From Bugula neritina (Eukaryota; Animalia; Bryozoa): a stretch of 64,000 bases of DNA. Under the pieces are notes generated by a model that saw only the letters and a list, made by a program, of their open reading frames with translations, did not search any database and had not been told where the DNA came from. Where the stretch lies: positions 18,072,259 through 18,136,258 of the forward strand of contig OZ037767.1 of the NCBI GenBank assembly GCA_964035545.1, in the 5' to 3' direction. Made by a program: the position numbers and the translations under genes. Below, in pieces: positions 1 to 13,369 of the stretch (position 1 is the stretch's first letter; each line of letters starts with the position of its first letter).

Positions 1-3000
1 GTACTGAAATACACTGTAACATATTGAAATACACTGCAACACATTGAAGTATACTGCAACACACCGAAACATACGGCAACATTATGAAATATGCTGTAGC
101 ATACTGAAATACACTGCAACACACTGAAGTATACTGCAACATACTGAAATATACTGCAACACACTTCAACTTACGGAAATACACTGTAACATACTGAAAT
201 ACACTGCAGAATACTACAACATACTGAAATACACTGTAACATGTTGAAATACACTGCGACACATTGAAATATACTGCAACATACTGAAATATATGGTAAA
301 CTACTGAAAAATGCTGTGACACATAGAAAAATACTGCAATATACTGAAATATACTGTAACACACTGAAATATACTGCGACATACTGAAAAACACTGTAAC
401 ATACTGAAACATACTGCAACATCCTGAAATACATCGCAACATACTACAACATATTGAAATACTCTGCAACACAGTGAAATATACTGCAACATACCTAAAT
501 ATATGGTAACATACTGAAATATACTGTAACATACTGAAATATACTGCAAGATACTGCAACATACTGAAATGCACTTTAACATACTGAAATACACTGCAAC
601 ATACTGCAAAATACTGCAACATACTGAATTACAGTGTAACATATTGAAACACACTGCAATACATTGAAATATACTGCAACAGACTGAAACATACGGCAAC
701 ATACTCAAATATACTGCAACACATTGAAGTATACTGCAACATACTGCAATATACTGAAATATAATGCAAGATACTGCAACATACTGAAATACACTGTGAC
801 ATACTGAGATACACTGCAACCTACCGCAACATACTGAAATACGCTGTAACTTATTGAAATACACTGCAACACATTAAAATATACTGCAACACACCGAAAC
901 ATACGGCAACATACTGAAATATGATGTAGCATACTGAAATACACTGCAACACACTGAAGTATACTGTAATATACAGAAATGTACTGTAACAAACTGAAAC
1001 ATACGTCAACATACTGAAATACGCTGTAACATATTGAGACACACTGCAACACATTGAAATATACTGGAACTCACTGAAATATAGTGTAATCAACGGAAAT
1101 GTACTGTAACATACTGAAACATACTGAAACATACTGAAACATACTAAAATATACTGGAGCATACCGAAACGTACTGCAACATACTGAAATATACTGCTAG
1201 ATACTGCAACATACTGAAATACACTGTAACATACTGAAATACACTGCAACATACTGCAACATACTACAACATACTGCAACATACTGCAACATACTGAATT
1301 ACAGTGTAACATATTGAAATACACTGCAACAAATTGGAGTATACTGCAACACACTGAAGTTTACTGTAATATACAGAAATGTACTGTAACAAACTGAAAC
1401 ATACGTCAACATACTGAAATACACTGCCACATACTGAAATATACTGCAACATACTGAAATTTACTGCAACATACTGAAACACACTGCTACATACTGAAAT
1501 ACACTGCAACATACTGACTTATACTGACATACACTGGAACATATTGAAATACACTGCAACAAATTGAAGTATACTGCAACACACTGAAATATGCTGTAAC
1601 ATATTGAAATACACTGCAACACATTGAAATATACTGTTACTTACTGAAATATAGTGTAATCAACGGAAATGTACTGTAACATGCTGAAACATACTGAAAC
1701 ATACTAAAATATACTGGAGCATACCGAAACGTACTGCAACATACTGAAATATACTGCGAGATACTGCAACATACTGAAATACACTGTAACATACTGAAAT
1801 ACACTGCAACATACTGCAACATACTACAACATACTGCAACATACTGCAACATACTGAATTACAGTGTAACATATTGAAATACACTGCAATACATTGAAAT
1901 ATACTGCAACACACTGAAACATACTGCAACATACGGAAATATACTGCAACATATCAAAGTGTATCGTAATATACGAACATGTACTGTAACATACTGAAAC
2001 ATACTGAAACATACTAAAATATACTGGAACATACCGGAACATACTGCAAAATAATGAAACATACTGTACCACACTGAAATATACGGCAAAATACTGAAAT
2101 ACACTGCAACATACTGCATTATACTGACATACACTGGAACATATTGAAATACACTGCAACAAATTGAAGTATACTGCAATACACTGAAACATACGGCAAT
2201 ATACTCAAATATACTGCAACACAAGAAAATATACTGCAACGTACTGAAATATGATGCAAGATACTGCAACATACTGAAATACACTGTGACATACTGAGAT
2301 ACACAGCAACATTCTGCAACATACTGAAATACACTGTAACATATTGAAACACACTGCAATACATTGAAATATACTGCAACACACTGAAACATACTGCAAC
2401 ATATCGAACTGTATCGTAATATACGGACATGTACTGTAACATGCTGAAACATACCGAAACATACTAAAATATACTGGAACATACCTGAACATACTGCAAC
2501 ATAATGAAATATACTGTACCAAACTGAAATATACGGCAAAATACTGGAATATACTGTAACACACTGAAATATACTGCAACATATTGAAATACACTGTAAC
2601 ATAATGAAATATACTGCAACATACTGCAACATACTGCTACATACTGAAATACACTGTAACATACTGAATCACACTGCAACATACTACAACATAGTGAAAT
2701 ACACTGCAATATACTGAAATATACTGTGACACACTGAAAGGGATTGCAACATACTGAAATACACTGTAACATACTGAAATGAACTGCAACATACTGAAAT
2801 ACCCTGCTACATACTGAAATATACTGCAAGATACTGCAACATACTGAAATACAGTGTAACATACTGAAATACACTGCAACATACTGCATTATACTGACAT
2901 ACACTGGAACATATTGAAATACACTGCAACAAATTGAAGTATACTGCAACACACTGAAACATACGGCAACATACTCAAATATACTGCAAAACATTGAAAT

Positions 3001-6000
3001 ATACTGCAACATACTGAAATATAATGCAAGATACTGCAACATACTGAAATACACTGTGCCAAACTGAGATACACTGCAACATACCGCAACATACTGCAAC
3101 ATACTGAAATACACTGTAACATATTGAAATACACTGCAACACATTGAAATATACTGCAACACACCGAAACATACGGCAACATAATGAAATATGCTGTAGC
3201 ATACTGAAATACACTGCAACACACTGAAATATACTGCAACATACTGAAATATACTGCAACACACTGCAACTTACTGAAATACACTGTAACATACTGAAAT
3301 ATACTGCAGAATACTACAACATACTGAAATACACTGTAACATGTTGAAATACACTGCAACACGTCGAAATATACTGCAACATACCGAAATATATGGTAAA
3401 CTACTGAAATATGCTGTGACACATAGAAAAATACTGCAATATGCTGAAATATACTCTAACACACTGAAATATACTGCGACATACTGAAAAACACTGTAAC
3501 ATACTGAAACATACTGCAACATCCTGAAATACACTGCAACATACTACAACATTTTGAAATATGCTGCAACACATTGAAATATACTGCAACATACCTAAAT
3601 ATATGGTAATATACTGAAATATACTGTAACATACTGAAATACACTGCAACATACTGAAATACACTGCAACATACTGACTTATACTGAAATACGCTGTAAC
3701 ATATTGAAATACACTGCAACACATTGAAATATACTCTAACTCACTGAAATATAGTGTAATATACGGAAATGTACTGTGACATACTGGAATATACTGTAAC
3801 ACAATGAAATATACTTCAACATACTGAAATACGCTGTAACATACTGAAATATACTGCAACCTACAGCAACATACTGAAATATACTGTAACTAACTGAAAT
3901 ATATGGTAAACTACTGAAATATACTGTAACACATTGAAAAATACTGCAACACATTGAAATATACTGCAACACACCGAAACATACGGCAACATACTGAAAT
4001 ATGATGTAGCATACTGAAATACACTGCAACACACTAAAGTATACTGTAATATACACAAATGTACTGTAACAAACTGAAACATACGTCAACATACTGAAAT
4101 GTACTGCACCATACTGAAATACACTGTAATATACTGAATTACACTGCGACATACTGCAACATACTGAAATATGCTGTAACATATTGAAATACACTGCAAC
4201 ACATTGAAATATACCGTAACTCACTAAAATATAGTGTTATCAACGGAAATGTACTGTAACATACTGAAACATACTGAAACATACTAAAAGATACTGGAGC
4301 ATACCGAAACGTACTGCAACGTCCTGAAATATACTGCGAGATACTGCAACATACTGAAATACACTGTCACATACTGAAATACACTGCAACATACTGCAAC
4401 ATACTGCAACATACTGAATTACAGTGTAACATATTGAAACACACTGCGATACATTGAAATATACTGCAACACACTGAAACATACTGCGACATACTGAAAT
4501 ATACTGCAACATATCGAACTGTATCGTAATATACGGACATGTACTGTAACATACTGAAACATACCGAAACATACTAAATTATACTGGAACATATCGGAAC
4601 ATACTGCTACATAATGAAATATACTGTACCAAACTGAAATATACGGCAAAATACTGGAATATACTGTAACACACTGAAATATACTGCAACATATTGAAAT
4701 ACACTGTAACATAATGAAATATACTGCAACATACTGCAATATACTGCAACATACTGAAATACACTGTAACATACTGAAATACACTGCAACATACAACAAC
4801 ATAGTGAAATACACTGCAACATACTGAAATATACTGTGACACACTGAAAGAGATTGCAACATACTGAAATACACTGTAACATACTGAAATACACTGCAAC
4901 ATACTGAAATACCCTGCTACATACTGAAATATACTGCAAGATACTGCAACATACTGAAATACAGTGTAACATACTGAAATACACAGCAACATACTGCATT
5001 ATACTGACATACACTGGAACATATTGAAATACACTGCAACAAAATGAAGTATACTGCAACACACTGAAACATACGGCAACATACTCAAATATACTGCAAC
5101 ACATTGAAATATACTGCAACATACTGAAATATAATGCAAGATACTGCAACATACTGAAATACACTGTGCCATACTGAGATACACTGCAACATACTGCAAC
5201 ATACTGCAACGTACTGAAATACACTGTAACATATTGAAATACACTGCAACACATTGAAGTATACTGCAACACACCGAAACATACGGCAACATTATGAAAT
5301 ATGCTGTAGCATACTGAAATACACTGCAACACACTGAAGTATACTGCAACATACTGAAATATACTGCAACACACTTCAACTTACGGAAATACACTGTAAC
5401 ATACTGAAATACACTGCAGAATACTACAACATACTGAAATACACTGTAACATGTTGAAATACACTGCGACACATTGAAATATACTGCAACATACTGAAAT
5501 ATATGGTAAACTACTGAAAAATGCTGTGACACATAGAAAAATACTGCAATATACTGAAATATACTGTAACACACTGAAATATACTGCGACATACTGAAAA
5601 ACACTGTAACATACTGAAACATACTGCAACATCCTGAAATACATCGCAACATACTACAACATATTGAAATACTCTGCAACACAGTGAAATATACTGCAAC
5701 ATACCTAAATATATGGTAACATACTGAAATATACTGTAACATACTGAAATATACTGCAAGATACTGCAACATACTGAAATGCACTTTAACATACTGAAAT
5801 ACACTGCAACATACTGCAACATACTGCAACATACTGAATTACAGTGTAACATATTGAAACACACTGCAATACATTGAAATATACTGCAACAGACTGAAAC
5901 ATACGGCAACATACTCAAATATACTGCAACACATTGAAGTATACTGCAACATACTGCAATATACTGAAATATAATGCAAGATACTGCAACATACTGAAAT

Positions 6001-9000
6001 ACACTGTGACATACTGAGATACACTGCAACCTACCGCAACATACTGAAATACGCTGTAACTTATTGAAATACACTGCAACACATTAAAATATACTGCAAC
6101 ACACCGAAACATACGGCAACATACTGAAATATGATGTAGCATACTGAAATACACTGCAACACACTGAAGTATACTGTAATATACAGAAATGTACTGTAAC
6201 AAACTGAAACATACGTCAACATACTGAAATACGCTGTAACATATTGAGACACACTGCAACACATTGAAATATACTGGAACTCACTAAAATATAGTGTTAT
6301 CAACGGAAATGTACTGTAACATACTGAAACATACTGAAACATACTAAAAGATACTGGAGCATACCGAAACGTACTGCAACGTCCTGAAATATACTGCGAG
6401 ATACTGCAACATACTGAAATACACTGTCACATACTGAAATACACTGCAACATACTGCAACATACTGCAACATACTGAATTACAGTGTAACATATTGAAAC
6501 ACACTGCGATACATTGAAATATACTGCAACACACTGAAACATACTGCGACATACTGAAATATACTGCAACATATCGAACTGTATCGTAATATACGGACAT
6601 GTACTGTAACATACTGAAACATACCGAAACATACTAAATTATACTGGAACATATCGGAACATACTGCTACATAATGAAATATACTGTACCAAACTGAAAT
6701 ATACGGCAAAATACTGGAATATACTGTAACACACTGAAATATACTGCAACATATTGAAATACACTGTAACATAATGAAATATACTGCAACATACTGCAAT
6801 ATACTGCAACATACTGAAATACACTGTAACATACTGAAATACACTGCAACATACTACAACATAGTGAAACACACTGCAACATACTGAAATATACTGTGAC
6901 ACACTGAAAGAGATTGCAACATACTGAAATACACTGTAACATACTGAAATACACTGCAACATACTGAAATACCCTGCTACATACTGAAATATACTGCAAG
7001 ATACTGCAACATACTGAAATACAGTGTAACATACTGAAATACACAGCAACATACTGCATTATACTGACATACACTGGAACATATTGAAATACACTGCAAC
7101 AAAATGAAGTATACTGCAACACACTGAAACATACGGCAACATACTCAAATATACTGCAACACATTGAAATATACTGCAACATACTGAAATATAATGCAAG
7201 ATACTGCAACATACTGAAATACACTGTGCCATACTGAGATACACTGCAACATACTGCAACATACTGCAACGTACTGAAATACACTGTAACATATTGAAAT
7301 ACACTGCAACACATTGAAGTATACTGCAACACACCGAAACATACAGCAACATTATGAAATATGCTGTAGCATACTGAAATACACTGCAACACACTGAAGT
7401 ATACTGCAACATACTGAAATATACTGCAACACACTTCGACTTACGGAAATACACTGTAACATACTGAAATACACTGCAGAATACTACAACATACTGAAAT
7501 ACACTGTAACATGTTGAAATACACTGCGACACATTGAAATATACTGCAACATACTGAAATATATGGTAAACTACTGAAAAATGCTGTGACACATAGAAAA
7601 ATACTGCAATATACTGAAATATACTGTAACACACTGAAATATACTGCGACATACTGAAAAACACTGTAACATACTGAAACATACTGCAACATCCTGAAAT
7701 ACATCGCAACATACTACAACATATTGAAATACTCTGCAACACAGTGAAATATACTGCAACATACCTAAATATATGGTAACATACTGAAATATACTGTAAC
7801 ATACTGAAATATACTGCAAGATACTGCAACATACTGAAATGCACTTTAACATACTGAAATACACTGCAACATACTGCAACATACTGCAACATACTGAATT
7901 ACAGTGTAACATATTGAAACACACTGCAATACATTGAAATATACTGCAACAGACTGAAACATACGGCAACATACTCAAATATACTGCAACACATTGAAGT
8001 ATACTGCAACATACTGCAATATACTGAAATATAATGCAAGATACTGCAACATACTGAAATACACTGTGACATACTGAGATACACTGCAACCTACCGCAAC
8101 ATACTGAAATACGCTGTAACTTATTGAAATACACTGCAACACATTAAAATATACTGCAACACACCGAAACATACGGCAACATACTGAAATATGATGTAGC
8201 ATACTGAAATACACTGCAACACACTGAAGTATACTGTAATATACAGAAATGTACTGTAACAAACTGAAACATACGTCAACATACTGAAATACGCTGTAAC
8301 ATATTGAGACACACTGCAACACATTGAAATATACTGGAACTCACTGAAATATAGTGTAATCAACGGAAATGTACTGTAACATACTGAAACATACTGAAAC
8401 ATACTGAAACATACTAAAATATACTGGAGCATACCGAAACGTACTGCAACATACTGAAATATACTGCTAGATACTGCAACATACTGAAATACACTGTAAC
8501 ATACTGAAATACACTGCAACATACTGCAACATACTACAACATACTGCAACATACTGCAACATACTGAATTACAGTGTAACATATTGAAATACACTGCAAC
8601 AAATTGGAGTATACTGCAACACACTGAAGTTTACTGTAATATACAGAAATGTACTGTAACAAACTGAAACATACGTCAACATACTGAAATACACTGCCAC
8701 ATACTGAAATATACTGCAACATACTGAAATTTACTGCAACATACTGAAACACGCTGCTACATACTGAAATACACTGCAACATACTGACTTATATTGACAT
8801 ACACTGGAACATATTGAAATACACTGCAACAAATTGAAGTATACTGCAACACACTGAAATATGCTGTAACATATTGAAATACACTGCAACACATTGAAAT
8901 ATACTGTTACTTACTGAAATATAGTGTAATCAACGGAAATGTACTGTAACATGCTGAAACATACTGAAACATACTAAAATATACTGGAGCATACCGAAAC

Positions 9001-12000
9001 GTACTGCAACATACTGAAATATACTGCGAGATACTGCAACATACTGAAATACACTGTAACATACTGAAATACACTGCAACATACTGCAACATACTACAAC
9101 ATACTGCAACATACTGCAACATACTGAATTACAGTGTAACATATTGAAATACACTGCAATACATTGAAATATACTGCAACACACTGAAACATACTGCAAC
9201 ATACGGAAATATACTGCAACATATCAAAGTGTATCGTAATATACGGACATGTACTGTAACATACTGAAACATACTAAAACATACTAAAATATACTGGAAC
9301 ATACCGGAACATACTGCAAAATAATGAAACATACTGTACCACACTGAAATATACGGCAAAATACTGAAATACACTGCAACATACTGCATTATACTGACAT
9401 ACACTGGAACATATTGAAATACACTGCAACAAATTGAAGTATACTGCAATACACTGAAACATACGGCAATATACTCAAATATACTGCAACACATTAAAAT
9501 ATACTGCAACGTACTGAAATATGATGCAAGATACTGCAACATACTGAAATACACTGTGGCATACTGAGATACACAGCAACATTCTGCAACATACTGAAAT
9601 ACACTGTAACATATTGAAACACACTGCAATACATTGAAATATACTGCAACACACTGAAACATACTGCAACATATCGAACTGTATCGTAATATCCGGACAT
9701 GTACTGTAACATGCTGAAACATACCGAAACATACTAAAATATACTGGAACATACCTGAACATACTGCAACATAATGAAATATACTGTACCAAACTGAAAT
9801 ATACGGCAAAATACTGGAATATACTGTAACACACTGAAATATACTGCAACATATTGAAATACACTGTAACATAATGAAATATACTGCAACATACTGCAAC
9901 ATACTGCTACATACTGAAATACACTGTAACATACTGAATCACACTGCAACATACTACAACATAGTGAAATACACTGCAATATACTGAAATATACTGTGAC
10001 ACACTGAAAGGGATTGCAACATACTGAAATACACTGTAACATACTGAAATGAACTGCAACATACTGAAATACCCTGCTACATACTGAAATATACTGCAAG
10101 ATACTGCAACATACTGAAATACAGTGTAACATACTGAAATACACTGCAACATACTGCATTATACTGACATACACTGGAACATATTGAAATACACTGCAAC
10201 AAATTGAAGTATACTGCAACACACTGAAACATACGGCAACATACTCAAATATACTGCAAAACATTGAAATATACTGCAACATACTGAAATATAATGCAAG
10301 ATACTGCAACATACTGAAATACACTGTGCCAAACTGAGATACACTGCAACATACCGCAACATACTGCAACATACTGAAATACACTGTAACATATTGAAAT
10401 ACACTGCAACACATTGAAATATACTGCAACACACCGAAACATACGGCAACATAATGAAATATGCTGTAGCATACTGAAATACACTGCAACACACTGAAAT
10501 ATACTGCAACATACTGAAATATACTGCAACACACTGCAACTTACTGAAATACACTGTAACATACTGAAATATACTGCAGAATACTACAACATACTGAAAT
10601 ACACTGTAACATGTTGAAATACACTGCAACACGTCGAAATATACTGCAACATACCGAAATATATGGTAAACTACTGAAATATGCTGTGACACATAGAAAA
10701 ATACTGCAATATGCTGAAATATACTCTAACACACTGAAATATACTGCGACATACTGAAAAACACTGTAACATACTGAAACATACTGCAACATCCTGAAAT
10801 ACACTGCAACATACTACAACATTTTGAAATATGCTGCAACACATTGAAATATACTGCAACATACCTAAATATATGGTATTATACTGAAATAAACTGTAAC
10901 ATACTGAAATACACTGCAACATACTGAAATACACTGCAACATACTGACTTATACTGAAATACGCTGTAACATATTGAAATACACTGCAACACATTGAAAT
11001 ATACTCTAACTCACTGAAATATAGTGTAATATACGGAAATGTACTGTGACATACTGGAATATACTGTAACACAATGAAATATACTTCAACATACTGAAAT
11101 ACGCTGTAACATACTGAAATATACTGCAACCTACAGCAACATACTGAAATATACTGTAACTAACTGAAATATATGGTAAACTACTGAAATATACTGTAAC
11201 ACATTGAAAAATACTGCAACACATTGAAATATACTGCAACACACCGAAACATACGGCAACATACTGAAATATGATGTAGCATACTGAAATACACTGCAAC
11301 ACACTGAAGTATACTGTAATATACACAAATGTACTGTAACAAACTGAAACATACGTCAACATACTGAAATGTACTGCACCATACTGAAATACACTGTAAT
11401 ATACTGAATTACACTGCGACATACTGCAACATACTGAAATACGCTGTAACATATTGAAATACACTGCAACACATTGAAATATACCGTAACTCACTAAAAT
11501 ATAGTGTTATCAACGGAAATGTACTGTAACATACTGAAACATACTGAAACATACTAAAAGATACTGGAGCATACCGAAACGTACTGCAACGTCCTGAAAT
11601 ATACTGCGAGATACTGCAACATACTGAAATACACTGTCACATACTGAAATACACTGCAACATACTGCAACATACTGCAACATACTGAATTACAGTGTAAC
11701 ATATTGAAACACACTGCGATACATTGAAATATACTGCAACACACTGAAACATACTGCGACATACTGAAATATACTGCAACATATCGAACTGTATCGTAAT
11801 ATACGGACATGTACTGTAACATACTGAAACATACCGAAACATACTAAATTATACTGGAACATATCGGAACATACTGCTACATAATGAAATATACTGTACC
11901 AAACTGAAATATACGGCAAAATACTGGAATATACTGTAACACACTGAAATATACTGCAACATATTGAAATACACTGTAACATAATGAAATATACTGCAAC

Positions 12001-12430
12001 ATACTGCAATATACTGCAACATACTGAAATACACTGTAACATACTGAAATACACTGCAACATACTACAACATAGTGAAATACACTGCAACATACTGAAAT
12101 ATACTGTGACACACTGAAAGAGATTGCAACATACTGAAATACACTGTAACATACTGAAATACACTGCAACATACTGAAATACCCTGCTACATACTGAAAT
12201 ATACTGCAAGATACTGCAACATACTGAAATACAGTGTAACATACTGAAATACACAGCAACATACTGCATTATACTGACATACACTGGAACATATTGAAAT
12301 ACACTGCAACAAAATGAAGTATACTGCAACACACTGAAACATACGGCAACATACTCAAATATACTGCAACACATTGAAATATACTGCAACATACTGAAAT
12401 ATAATGCAAGATACTGCAACATACTGAAAT
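1..12430 (+). repeat. HOR domain I: a 5210-bp unit (1-5210), an internally deleted 2060-bp copy (5211-7270), then a near-complete copy starting at 7271
   Basis: The landmark gtactgaaat acactgtaac atattgaaat starts at 1, 5211 and 7271. The identical 87-aa pseudo-ORF lies at 171, 5381 and 7441. ORF pairs offset by 7270: 1859/9129, 2464/9734, 3271/10541, 4240/11510. Copies differ by scattered SNPs, e.g. 2221 acaagaaaat vs 9491 acattaaaat. Confidence 0.92.
4221..8340 (+). repeat. 2060-bp tandem duplication (4221-6280 / 6281-8340)
   Basis: tcactaaaat atagtgttat caacggaaat occurs at 4221 and 6281. ORF pairs 4240/6300, 4579/6639, 4999/7059, 5511/7571 and 5915/7975 are all offset by 2060. Confidence 0.92.
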
Positions 12431-12471
12431 GCACTTTAACATACTGAAATACACTGCAACATACTGACTTA

Positions 12472-12478
12472 TAGCCTA
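12472..12478 (+). other. First copy of a 5-bp insertion allele (TA to TAGCCTA) that shifts the 10-bp register; 16 copies in the window
   Basis: Canonical atactgactt atactgacat (e.g. 1511-1530) versus atactgactt atagcctactgacat. TAGCCTA starts at ~12472, 15366 (TAGCCTC variant), 17229, 19953, 21816, 25705, 26400, 32534, 35936, 39288, 40882, 44284, 47636, 49230, 52572 and 58494. Confidence 0.9.
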
Positions 12479-13369
12479 CTGACATACACTGGAACAACTT
12501 AAAATACACTGCAACAAATTGAAGTATACTGCAACACACCGAAACATACGGCAACATTATGAAATATGCTGTAGCATACTGAAATACACTGCAACACACT
12601 GAAGTATACTGCAACATACTGAAATATACTGCAACACACTTCAACTTACGGAAATACACTGTAACATACTGAAATACACTGCAGAATACTACAACATACT
12701 GAAATACACTGTAACATGTTGAAATACACTGCGACACATTGAAATATACTGCAACATACTGAAATATATGGTAAACTACTGAAAAATGCTGTGACACATA
12801 GAAAAATACTGCAATATACTGAAATATACTGTAACACACTGAAATATACTGCGACATACTGAAAAACACTGTAACATACTGAAACATACTGCAACATCCT
12901 GAAATACATCGCAACATACTACAACATATTGAAATACTCTGCAACACAGTGAAATATACTGCAACATACCTAAATATATGGTAACATACTGAAATATACT
13001 GTAACATACTGAAATATACTGCAAGATACTGCAACATACTGAAATGCACTTTAACATACTGAAATACACTGCAACATACTGCAACATACTGCAACATACT
13101 GAATTACAGTGTAACATATTGAAACACACTGCAATACATTGAAATATACTGCAACAGACTGAAACATACGGCAACATACTCAAATATACTGCAACACATT
13201 GAAGTATACTGCAACATACTGCAATATACTGAAATATAATGCAAGATACTGCAACATACTGAAATACACTGTGACATACTGAGATACACTGCAACCTACC
13301 GCAACATACTGAAATACGCTGTAACTTATTGAAATACACTGCAACACATTAAAATATACTGCAACACAC

